From Candidatus Poribacteria bacterium (GTDB lineage Bacteria > Poribacteria > WGA-4E > PCPOR2b), in contig OZ242351.1 in NCBI GenBank assembly GCA_965208675.1, positions 3,264,001 to 3,328,000 of the forward strand: DNA of 64,000 nt, written 5' to 3'. Positions 41,434 to 50,725 of this stretch are shown piece after piece. The position numbers and the translations under genes were made by a program. The stretch's first letter is position 1. Each line of letters starts with the position of its first letter. Below the pieces are notes generated by a model. It was not told the origin of the DNA. It saw nothing but the letters and a program-made list of their open reading frames with translations, and did not search any database.

Positions 41434-42645
41434 ATGGATCTATTTGAAAAATGTTTGGATTTTACCAGTGGTAAAAGTGTCCTCGGGAAAGGCACCAAAC
41501 AAGCACGAGAAGCGGGGCTTTATCCTTACTTCATTCCAATCCAAGAATCTAGAGATACTGAAGTCATTATTGACGGCGAAAAAAAAGTGATGATTGGCTC
41601 CAATAATTACCTCGGTTTGACGCATCACCCGAAGGTTCTTGAGGCGGCTGCTGCTGCTGCCCAAAAATTTGGTTCTGGCTGCACGGGAAGCCGTTTTCTG
41701 AACGGAACGCTCGATATTCACATCGGGCTCGAAGAAGCGCTTGCCGAATTTGTACATAAGGAGTCTGCGTTAGTTTTTAGCACCGGCTTTCTTGTGAACC
41801 TTGGTGTGATAGGCGCGCTTGTAAAGCGCAAGGACATCGCATTCATTGATGCCTTGAGTCACGCGAGTATCGTTGATGCATGCCTGTTCTCTCGTGGAGA
41901 AATGGTAAGATTTGCGCATAACGACTTAGCTGATCTCAGCCGCAGATTGGAATTAGCGGCTTCCCAAGCGGGTAAGCTCATAGTTGTGGAAGGTGTTTAC
42001 AGTATGGAGGGCGACATTGCGAATCTTCCCGGCATCGTGGAAGCAGCCCAAAAACACCATTGCCGATTGATGGTTGACGATGCACACGCAGTTGGTGTAC
42101 TCGGACCGACAGGCGCAGGAAGTGCGGAACACTTCGATGTTGAAAACGATGTCGACCTAATTATGGGCACTTTCAGCAAGTCTTTTGCGTGCATTGGAGG
42201 TTTTATCGCCGGCGAAGCGGCTGTACTCGACTACCTGAAACACCATGGCCGCAGTTTAATCTTTAGTGCAAGCATGCCCCCATCCGCGGTTGCGACCGTA
42301 CATGCGGCGTTAGAAATCATCAAGTCCGAACCGGAACGGCGCGAGCGGCTTTGGCAGAATACCCGAAAAATGCAGGAAGGGTTCCGATCGCTCGGATTTG
42401 ACATCGGCCAGTCTGAATCTCCTGTTGTTCCAATTCTCACCGAAGATGATACAACAGCTTTGGTACTTTGGAGACGCTTGCTTGACGAGGGAATTTTCAC
42501 AAATCCAGTTCCCGGCGCCAGTGCTGCCGTGCCGCCGGGAGGTGCGCGACTTCGTACAAGCTATATGGCGACACACACTGACGATCACCTCGACTTTGTA
42601 CTTGACAAGTTTGCGAAACTCGGTAAAGAACTAGGGATTATTTAA
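41434..42645 (+). CDS. spt: Alpha-oxoamine synthase, probably serine palmitoyltransferase
   Basis: GLYPYF.PI, GSNNYLGL, GSRFLNGT, DDAH, DLIMGTFSKSFA (PLP Lys). Confidence 0.75.
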   Translation: MDLFEKCLDFTSGKSVLGKGTKQAREAGLYPYFIPIQESRDTEVIIDGEKKVMIGSNNYLGLTHHPKVLEAAAAAAQKFGSGCTGSRFLNGTLDIHIGLEEALAEFVHKESALVFSTGFLVNLGVIGALVKRKDIAFIDALSHASIVDACLFSRGEMVRFAHNDLADLSRRLELAASQAGKLIVVEGVYSMEGDIANLPGIVEAAQKHHCRLMVDDAHAVGVLGPTGAGSAEHFDVENDVDLIMGTFSKSFACIGGFIAGEAAVLDYLKHHGRSLIFSASMPPSAVATVHAALEIIKSEPERRERLWQNTRKMQEGFRSLGFDIGQSESPVVPILTEDDTTALVLWRRLLDEGIFTNPVPGASAAVPPGGARLRTSYMATHTDDHLDFVLDKFAKLGKELGII

Positions 42646-42690
42646 GAATTGAACATAGAACGCAATTTATGCTAGTTACCAATATTCAAC

Positions 42691-43851
42691 ATGAAAGTTG
42701 TTGTCACTCGCGTTCAATCGAAATCGGATCTCAAGGCGTTCATTAGCTTGCCATGGCAGATATACCGCGGTATTTCAAATTGGGTACCGCCGCTGCGCGG
42801 AAATCTCAAAAGTCGGTTAGATTTGTCTAAGCACCCGTTTATTGGTTCCGCTGATGCGGCACTTTTTATTGCGCGTTGTGATGGACGAACCGTTGGCAGT
42901 ATCGCTGCAATCAACAACCATAACCATATTGATTTTCATAAGGAAGCTGTGGGTTTCTTTGGATTTTTCGAGTGCGTCCATGACCACAAAGTAGCCGAAG
43001 CCCTGTTTTCTCATGCCGCTGATTGGTTGCGAACTCATAACTTGGAAATAATGCGGGGGCCCACGAGTTACTCAACGAATGAAGAATGTGGCTTGCTTAT
43101 TGATGGATTCGATCGCCCGCCTGTCATCATGATGCCCTATAACCCGCTCTATTATGTCGATCTCGTTGAAGGATTCGGCTTCAAGAAAACAATGGACCTA
43201 CTCGCATACGAAATCACCGATGAAGTGCCCTTGCCTGACCGCCTGAAGAAAACCGTTAAATTAATCGAAAAGAGAAAAAAAGTCACAACGCGTCGCCTCA
43301 ATGTAAAACAGATTGACCAGGAAATTAAATGTGTGAAGGAAATTTATAACTCTGCATGGGAGAGAAACTGGGGATTTGTCCCAATGACAGATAAAGAAAT
43401 CGATCACCTGGCGGCGGAACTCAAACCGATTGTCGATCCTGATATTGTGCGTTTTGCCGAAATTGAAGGTGAGACAGTTGCATTTGTCCTATCCTTACCC
43501 GACTTCTATCAAGCGCTGAAGTATACCAACGGGCGGCTATTTCCGTTTGGGTTGCTCAAATTGCTCTGGCATAGCGGCAAAATCTGGCCTGCTCGAAATA
43601 AAATCGACAAGATTCGCGTACTAACGCTGGGTATAAAAAAAGAATTTCGGCGGCAAGGAATTGATGCGCTGTTGTATTACTATTCCTACGTTGAAGGTAA
43701 GAAAAAAGGGTATCGGCGGGCTGAATTGTCGTGGATTTTAGAGGATAACACCCTCATGAATCGAGCGCTGGAAAACATGGGGGCGAGAGTCTATAAACGC
43801 TATCGGATTTATGACTACCCGCTGGTTAACGCTGCTCGCGAAGCGGCATGA
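42691..43851 (+). CDS. Double-GNAT acyltransferase, probable bacterial ceramide synthase (bCerS/YghO-like)
   Basis: FI.LPW.IY.....WVPPL, GFFGFFEC, RGP..YSTNEECGLL..GF, YNP.YY, W..NWGFVP, ELSWILEDN; directly after spt. Confidence 0.72.
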   Translation: MKVVVTRVQSKSDLKAFISLPWQIYRGISNWVPPLRGNLKSRLDLSKHPFIGSADAALFIARCDGRTVGSIAAINNHNHIDFHKEAVGFFGFFECVHDHKVAEALFSHAADWLRTHNLEIMRGPTSYSTNEECGLLIDGFDRPPVIMMPYNPLYYVDLVEGFGFKKTMDLLAYEITDEVPLPDRLKKTVKLIEKRKKVTTRRLNVKQIDQEIKCVKEIYNSAWERNWGFVPMTDKEIDHLAAELKPIVDPDIVRFAEIEGETVAFVLSLPDFYQALKYTNGRLFPFGLLKLLWHSGKIWPARNKIDKIRVLTLGIKKEFRRQGIDALLYYYSYVEGKKKGYRRAELSWILEDNTLMNRALENMGARVYKRYRIYDYPLVNAAREAA

Positions 43852-43897
43852 AAATTGTAGCGTAACGCCGGCCTTCAGGCAAATATCCAATTCGTTG

Positions 43898-46800
43898 TCA
43901 CAATACTTTAACAACGACCACCGTCATATCATCAGCGAGTTCGGTAGGTGCAGTAAATGTCCGGACATCGTTCAGGATAGTATCTACCCATCCCTGCGAG
44001 GGCTTCCGCTGATAAACGAGTGCTTTTAATACATTCCACATCCGAATTCTCTCGTATTCGCCCTCGTCAGCATTTCTAGCTTCCGTCAGCCCATCGCTGA
44101 AAAGCAATAGCACATCACCCTTGTACAACTTAATGGGTGCCCCGATGTGTTCCGCGCGAAATGAACACCCGAGCGGTACCGTGCTTTTGATTTCCAACTC
44201 CACGGATTGGCCTTTCCTCAACAAAATCGGTTCGGGAAGACCTGCGTTGAAATGTGTCAGCGTATTATCTTGAAGATTGAATTGCGCGAACGATGTCGCG
44301 ACAAATGCTCTTTTGGGAAGGATTTCTTGAAGTGATTGGTGCATCTTTAACAGTATTTCAGACGGAAAACTTCCCCTGCGGCTTTCCAATTGCAGCATGC
44401 CGTTGGCGAGAAATGCATTCGTTGCTGCTGCCATGCCATGGCCAGTTACATCCATCAACACGATGCCAAACTGCGTTTTATCCTCGTCTAGCCAAAGGTA
44501 TGTAAAGTAATCCCCACCGACTTCTGTTGCAGGTTCACAGACAGCAGCAATATCAAAACCTTCAATATGTGGTGCAGTTTCGGGCAACAGAGACAGTTGC
44601 ATTTCACGTGCTGTCTTGATTTCCTCAACAGCAATACGTTGGTAGGCGATTACCTGCCTGCGGCGTTTAAGTAAGACTACCGCCTGCATCACGAGCATCC
44701 CGACCACAATCGCGCTGCCGCCAACCGCCGGCACGAGGAAAAGAGCCGTTTCATGAAATGGCGTCGGTACCGTGAAATTTAGAGTCGTAGGGCTGGAATA
44801 GTTAAAATCACGGTCGACCGCTTGTATTTCGAATGCGTAGTCGCCTGGCAAAAGGTTAAAATATTGGATTTCTTCCGCATTGATTGGAGGTTGCCAATCG
44901 ACTTCTTTTCCGATTAGCCGGTGATAATATCGCATCCCTCCTGGTCGAGTTTTGAAACTGACGGCGTTGAAACTGAAAACCACGCGTTTGACTCCGGCGG
45001 GTAACGTGAGAAAATCTGCCGGCGCTTCGTAGACCTGGTCGTCGGCAGCGACTCTCGTGATGGCCACAGGCAACTCAACTTTCTTCGGTCGGTTAAACCG
45101 GATGGCCCCACCGCCTAGCGTCCCGACCCAAACTGCTCCGTTGCTATCCATATACACAGATGTCACGCTGTCATTCGGCAGGCCGTCTCGCGAGTCGATG
45201 GTTTGAAACGTCCTGCCGTCATAGCGGCTGATTCCACCGTCGACCGTTCCAAACCACATCACGCCCTCCGTATCTTGAATAATTGCGCCGATATAGTGGC
45301 TTCCAAGCCCGTCTGCAATGGTATAGGATGTCCAATTCGTCCCATCAAATCGGCTGACCCCTCCGCCGAACGTTCCGAACCACATGTCTCCTTTTTGGTC
45401 TTCGAAAATGGATAAAACCGTGTTATTTGCCAAGCCGTCCGCCGTAGTGTAAGTAATCCAATTTTCGCCGTCAAATCGGCCTACGCCATACCCGGGGTCA
45501 ATTTGTCCTCCTGTACCAAACCATAATGCCCCTTGCCGATCTTGAAATATTGATGAAACGGTGTTTTTCGGCAACCCGTCCACCTCAGTGACTGTTGTCC
45601 AATTCTTCCCATCAAACCGAACGACCCCCTTTCCAGGGTTCATTTGACTTCCCGTCGCGAACCAGATGTGACCATCGGCATCTTCAAGGATTGCGCTTAC
45701 GCTGTCCACCATAAACCCGTTTTGTCGGGTATAGTGTGTCCAGCGCTTTCCATCGAAGCGGCTGATACCCCCCCGATGCTTCGCAACCCAAATCAAACCT
45801 TCTTTATCTTTGAGAATCACATTCATAGGACCAAATTTCAAATCGTCCTCTCTGGTATAAGTTTGCCAGTTTACTCCATCAAATCGGCTGACACCGCCAA
45901 ACGTCCCGAACCACATTGCGCCGCTATCATCTTGTCGGATGGCGTGCACCTTGTCGCTCGGCAAACCGTCTTTTTGCGTGTACACGGTCCAACTTCTCGT
46001 ATCCAACCGACTGACGCCGCCGCCGAGCGTGCCGAACCAGATGGCGCCCTCCCTGTCTTGCATGAGCGCAAATACAGAGTTGCTAGCTAATCCATCTGCG
46101 GATGTATATGATTCCCATTTCTTGCCATCATACCTAGAAACGCCGCCAGTTTCGGTTCCGAACCACAACATTCCCGTGTCGTCCTCCATCATGGTGTGGA
46201 CGACATCATCAGCCAATCCATCGCTTCTGGTAATGGCGTGCCACCCTTCGCCGTCAAATCGCTTGACGCCTGCGCCGATAGTCCCCGCCAAAATGTCGCC
46301 AGATTGGGTTTCAAGCAGCGCGGTCACGCGCGAGATTGCGCCATCTTGATTTTCCTGTGAAGGGATAGCAGACGGGGTAGTTAGATTAATTTTAATCCAA
46401 TTCTCTCCATCATACCGCTTGAGTCCGTCCATCGTCCCGGCCAAAATGTTTCCTTCTCTGTCTTGAAGTAGGGCTGTTACCCAACGATACCGCCCGGCTA
46501 CGTGAACGGTACGCCACTCCCGCCCGGCGTATCGTACAATACCGCGTCGCGTTCCTGCCCAGATAACGCCTTCTCGATCAATGAGAAGCGCCGTTACTTC
46601 TCCCGACTTTTGATTTGAGGCGTCTTCAAAGGCAACACGGCGCCACTCGTTCCCGTCATAGCGGCAAAGTCCACGATTCGTTGCTGCCCAGATAGCGCCA
46701 GTTCGATCTTGCCGAAGCGCCCGAACCGTGGCACCGGCAAGACCGTCCTTTTCGGTGTAGTTAATCCAATTTCTCCCATCAAACCGGCTTACACCGTCCT

Positions 46801-47053
46801 GTGTTCCAAACCAAATCTCACCGTCAGTGGTTTGCAGGGCGGAGAACACAGCGTTGTGCGCCAGTCCATCCACATGCCGGTAGGTTTTCCAAATTCCCAC
46901 GGTTCGATTCTCTTGCGTGGTGTTTTGCTGGCAATTCGCGTCTTGATACTGCATGCAAAACATGAGGCTGGTCAACACACCGATGAACGTGCCGTAATGA
47001 ACTTGAACGATTTGGAATCTCAAATAGGATTTAATAACGGATATCGGATTCAT
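43898..47053 (-). CDS. Membrane sensor: beta-propeller repeats + Y_Y_Y + TM + SpoIIE/PP2C phosphatase
   Basis: Many DGL..N.V..I..D..G..WFGT repeats; EVGGDYF, DVTGHG, FSDGLTEA, DDMT. Confidence 0.92.
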   Translation of the reverse strand: MNPISVIKSYLRFQIVQVHYGTFIGVLTSLMFCMQYQDANCQQNTTQENRTVGIWKTYRHVDGLAHNAVFSALQTTDGEIWFGTQDGVSRFDGRNWINYTEKDGLAGATVRALRQDRTGAIWAATNRGLCRYDGNEWRRVAFEDASNQKSGEVTALLIDREGVIWAGTRRGIVRYAGREWRTVHVAGRYRWVTALLQDREGNILAGTMDGLKRYDGENWIKINLTTPSAIPSQENQDGAISRVTALLETQSGDILAGTIGAGVKRFDGEGWHAITRSDGLADDVVHTMMEDDTGMLWFGTETGGVSRYDGKKWESYTSADGLASNSVFALMQDREGAIWFGTLGGGVSRLDTRSWTVYTQKDGLPSDKVHAIRQDDSGAMWFGTFGGVSRFDGVNWQTYTREDDLKFGPMNVILKDKEGLIWVAKHRGGISRFDGKRWTHYTRQNGFMVDSVSAILEDADGHIWFATGSQMNPGKGVVRFDGKNWTTVTEVDGLPKNTVSSIFQDRQGALWFGTGGQIDPGYGVGRFDGENWITYTTADGLANNTVLSIFEDQKGDMWFGTFGGGVSRFDGTNWTSYTIADGLGSHYIGAIIQDTEGVMWFGTVDGGISRYDGRTFQTIDSRDGLPNDSVTSVYMDSNGAVWVGTLGGGAIRFNRPKKVELPVAITRVAADDQVYEAPADFLTLPAGVKRVVFSFNAVSFKTRPGGMRYYHRLIGKEVDWQPPINAEEIQYFNLLPGDYAFEIQAVDRDFNYSSPTTLNFTVPTPFHETALFLVPAVGGSAIVVGMLVMQAVVLLKRRRQVIAYQRIAVEEIKTAREMQLSLLPETAPHIEGFDIAAVCEPATEVGGDYFTYLWLDEDKTQFGIVLMDVTGHGMAAATNAFLANGMLQLESRRGSFPSEILLKMHQSLQEILPKRAFVATSFAQFNLQDNTLTHFNAGLPEPILLRKGQSVELEIKSTVPLGCSFRAEHIGAPIKLYKGDVLLLFSDGLTEARNADEGEYERIRMWNVLKALVYQRKPSQGWVDTILNDVRTFTAPTELADDMTVVVVKVL

Positions 47054-47306
47054 GTATTAATTCAGCGTGGGACATCTTAAGGATCGGCTACGGGCGAAAC
47101 CGAACCCCATTTCTCGCTAATATCCAACAAACAGATTGGAGAGACATCTGTTCCAGAGGAAATCGGCGGGCGTGCAAAGTATTCATCACATTTTAAATGG
47201 TCAAAGTTGTCACGTGTGTTCTATAATAGTGTAGATGAATCGGTATTTCAAGAGTTATTTATTCAATACATTCCAAAGTATTGGTCAATCGCGGAGATTT
47301 CAAAAA

Positions 47307-50108
47307 ATGGATTGGAATGCAATATTATTAGTCACAATCGTAGTTATCGCATTTGGTGCACTTGCTTCTTCGAGCTTGTGGGCGTCGCTTGCAATTAGCG
47401 GCTCAGACAACGAGGTAGTAAAGACCACAATAACTGTCGATAATACGGGCGAGTCTGTCTTTGTTATGTGGACGACTCGGGATTGTTTTCCGCCGCAACA
47501 GCGCTGGGGCCTCCATCTGCGGTTCAATTCGTCCACCGATGGGGGCGCAAACTGGAAGGGCCGCCCAGTAAACTTCATACACAATTCCCCTGCTGATGCT
47601 AGTGATGTCCTGCCTGAACTGGCTGTTGACAACCAAGGGAAACTTCATCTGCTCTGGTCCCGCGGTGATGATAGAGCGTCGCCCTACTACACCTCTTCGC
47701 TTGATTTCGGGCTTTCATGGAACAATCCAATTGCAATTGGATTGGAGGGCTACGGATGGGTACAGCACAACGGCCTCGGGCTGGCGGTTAGCGAGGACGG
47801 GAAGAATCTCTGGGCATTCCATAACGACGCCGACTGGACTGCAAACGATTGCGGCTCTAGCGACGGCGGTTTGACCTGGACGCAGCTCGGAAGGCACTTG
47901 GCTGCGGGCAGCCGCATGGATGGCGGCAACCCGACCCAAAGTTATTGCTCCGACGCTATAGTCGTGGGTGATTACCGGTACGTATTGCGAAAGCGAAACG
48001 ATCGGCTCAACGTTTTGACTTACGACGGCAACACATGGTCGTCCTCGACTCCGACTCAGGTCAAGAACCCGCTTTCACTGGCAGACGATCACACTATAGT
48101 CGCTGACAGCGACGGCGGCATATATATTGTCTTTAGCGACGCGGGCGGGATTTTTTGCATGCGTTCAGCCGACAGCGGTGTCACTTGGGAAGATAAAGTG
48201 CGAGTGGACGATAGTCTGGAAGGCAAACACCTCCTGCCGGTCATAGGGATAATGGGGGATGGGACTTTGGCTATTGCGTGGCAGGACGGCCGCGAAACAG
48301 TCTCCGCGATTCGGTACTCAATTTCGAAAGATGCCGGCAAAACCTGGGGCGCCAGCGAAATTCTCTCGCCATCGGCAATGAGCCAGACGGCACCTGATAT
48401 GTATATCGTCAACGAATCCTTGTATTTTAGCTACACGGAAGATGGCAGAGCCTTTTTCGCACGGATTCCGTGCGTACCGCCGCTGGATACATCCAACCTT
48501 TTTCCGATTTCCGGCTTTGACGTCTTTGGTTCGCAATTTGACGGAAGGCTGCCGGCCGGCTGGAGTTTTGATTCTTGGAACCAGGAATTCGCGGGTGAAA
48601 CGTTCGGCAAGGCATCTCCCGGCAGGAATGGAGAGGGATTCTGTTTAGCGCTGAAGCAGGGATTGCCTGCGAATTCCTTTACGATTCGCAGTCAGTCAGT
48701 GCCCGTGACAGCCGATACTGCGTATGTTTTCAAGGGGTACTATGCCGCAGTGTGCCGGGGAAAGGTGTCGGTTGCGGGACAATGGATCGACACAGACGGA
48801 GAGGCATTCGAAAGTTTTGAGGTCAAACTTCCCGATACACAGGACGACTGGATTGCATTCTTCGAAGAGCTCTATAGCCCGGCTAACGCAGCACAATTGC
48901 AGATAGTGATTACGAAAGAGTGGCGGGATGGCTCAGTGCGATTTGATGATTTTTCCCTCCGCAAAGGCGTTCTACGGGACTATGCATCGGAATTTTCTCT
49001 GCCTCCGCTGAAGCCCGGCGAATCGCGATTCCCTATCTACGGTCTTTTCACCAGCGGCCCCGGCCTCGGCGCAGAATGGGAGGCTGAATGCGCAATGGCA
49101 AACTTCAGCGTCGGTTCCTGGCGTGCAAAGTACGGGTTGCGAAGGCGTATTTCTTCGACTTGGGCGTCTACTTGGGATGACTCAGAACTCGTAAAAGCCA
49201 ATGAGGATTCTGAGGTTTTTGATATCTCGGGGCACGACGAGCCGGGGAAGTGGCAGTATTTAGATCTCGCGGAGCAAAACCGCCGATTTAGGCGGCTTGC
49301 ACCTTCCAAACCCTTTGTAGTGAATCTACTCCCATGCTATGGGCCATATTCTCCCTATCCGGTCTACCGAGACTACGTCCGGTCATTTATTGAAACCGTT
49401 GAACCGTCACTGTTTACTTATGACAACTATGCGTTGGGCGGAGAATCTCCGTCCTACGGCGGGCATTTCTTCCCCAATTTTGAAATCGTGCGTCAAGAAG
49501 CCCTGAGAGCAGACGTCCACTTTGGCTTCATCGGTTCGGTGGTCGCGTTTTTCCACATTCGCAGCCCGAGCGAAGCGGAGCTTCGCTGGCAGGCTTATAG
49601 CGCATTGGCTTATGGCGCACGAACCTTGGGTTGGTTCACTTACAACACGGAGGTCGAATATGGCGGCCATAATTGGCATGATGCTGTTATAGAAAGCGAC
49701 GGCAGCCGGTCCTTGCACTATTCTATGCTGCGCCGAGTGAACGGTGAGATACTCAATATTGGCGATACCTTGCTGCGGCTGAAATCCACGAACGTCTTTC
49801 ACACAGAGCCTTTGCCGGAACTGACTCGAGATGTGTCAGAATCAATGTTAATAAGTTCAATTAGCGAAGGGAAGTGGGTTGTAGGCGAGTTCGTGGATAG
49901 TTCAGGCGTAAACTACTTCATGCTGGTCAACCGCGACTTCACGAAGGAGCAGAAAGCAGTTTTAACATTCAACGGCAAGCCCAAAGCTCTATTCGAGATC
50001 GATAAATCCGATGGTACACAGACGCCGGTCGTGGGTTTCAGTGCGCAAAACCGATCGGTATCTTTGACGGTGACTGCCGGGAATGGCCGCCTATTTCTCC
50101 TCAAGTAG
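47307..50108 (+). CDS. Secreted sialidase-like (BNR/Asp-box) propeller + CBM-like + glycoside-hydrolase-like domain
   Basis: Five Asp-boxes (SSTDGGANW, SSLDFGLSW, SSDGGLTW, RSADSGVTW, SKDAGKTW); FDDFSL; DEP...YD.Y...ELRWQ.Y.ALAYGA; start inferred. Confidence 0.7.
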   Translation: MDWNAILLVTIVVIAFGALASSSLWASLAISGSDNEVVKTTITVDNTGESVFVMWTTRDCFPPQQRWGLHLRFNSSTDGGANWKGRPVNFIHNSPADASDVLPELAVDNQGKLHLLWSRGDDRASPYYTSSLDFGLSWNNPIAIGLEGYGWVQHNGLGLAVSEDGKNLWAFHNDADWTANDCGSSDGGLTWTQLGRHLAAGSRMDGGNPTQSYCSDAIVVGDYRYVLRKRNDRLNVLTYDGNTWSSSTPTQVKNPLSLADDHTIVADSDGGIYIVFSDAGGIFCMRSADSGVTWEDKVRVDDSLEGKHLLPVIGIMGDGTLAIAWQDGRETVSAIRYSISKDAGKTWGASEILSPSAMSQTAPDMYIVNESLYFSYTEDGRAFFARIPCVPPLDTSNLFPISGFDVFGSQFDGRLPAGWSFDSWNQEFAGETFGKASPGRNGEGFCLALKQGLPANSFTIRSQSVPVTADTAYVFKGYYAAVCRGKVSVAGQWIDTDGEAFESFEVKLPDTQDDWIAFFEELYSPANAAQLQIVITKEWRDGSVRFDDFSLRKGVLRDYASEFSLPPLKPGESRFPIYGLFTSGPGLGAEWEAECAMANFSVGSWRAKYGLRRRISSTWASTWDDSELVKANEDSEVFDISGHDEPGKWQYLDLAEQNRRFRRLAPSKPFVVNLLPCYGPYSPYPVYRDYVRSFIETVEPSLFTYDNYALGGESPSYGGHFFPNFEIVRQEALRADVHFGFIGSVVAFFHIRSPSEAELRWQAYSALAYGARTLGWFTYNTEVEYGGHNWHDAVIESDGSRSLHYSMLRRVNGEILNIGDTLLRLKSTNVFHTEPLPELTRDVSESMLISSISEGKWVVGEFVDSSGVNYFMLVNRDFTKEQKAVLTFNGKPKALFEIDKSDGTQTPVVGFSAQNRSVSLTVTAGNGRLFLLK

Positions 50109-50372
50109 TTGCCATTGGCAAACGTAAGGCATTAGCGGGCAAAAACGTGGAACCCCCAATAGCGCCGCACGGATTTTTCATTTATCCCGTCCAGCAGAAC
50201 CTGGGTGTTTATGCACCTCCTTCCTCCTTGTCAAGGCGGGGAATGATTCAGAAAAATCCTCCCCCTTATCAAGCTTACTATTACCCACAAGTCCAGAAAT
50301 TTGCACGGAGCCGCGCTGTGGGAGGGAAATCCTTCTCCCGATTGTCGAGAATCAAGCGACCGAATAGGGAGC

Positions 50373-50650
50373 ATCAACTGAGCGGATAGCGAAGGCGATA
50401 GTCTTAAAATGCCTCTCCAACAGTGAGAACGCCTTGTCGGCTCATTACAATAATCATTCCCCTCCTTACCAAGGAGCATCAACTGACCGATTAGGGAAGG
50501 CGATAGTTTTTATAGTTCTTATAGGTTGGGTTGTGCGCTGTTTCTAGCACCCTCCATTAAGATGTAGGTAATAGTAAGCTTAGTAAGGGGGAGATTTATT
50601 CCGACGAACATTGCCGCGATTCGGAGATTGCGCCTACGGAACCTACAAGA
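50373..50650. repeat. REP-like repeat cluster (two reverse 30-bp modules, AAGGGGG-type hairpins, TAGGTTGGG and ACCTAC ends)
   Basis: ATCAACTGAGCGGATAGCGAAGGCGATAG near 50373 and a variant near 50478. Confidence 0.7.
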
Positions 50651-50725
50651 ACTAGCGAATATGTGCCGTGAGTTGGAGATTGCGCTTACCGAAGGTGCGA
50701 GAACGGTTGGAGGGGCGGCGAGGTT

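Noticed and set aside
41434-42645. bioF or kbl
   Set aside because: Motifs and the GNAT neighbour fit Spt better; not fully excluded without a phylogeny
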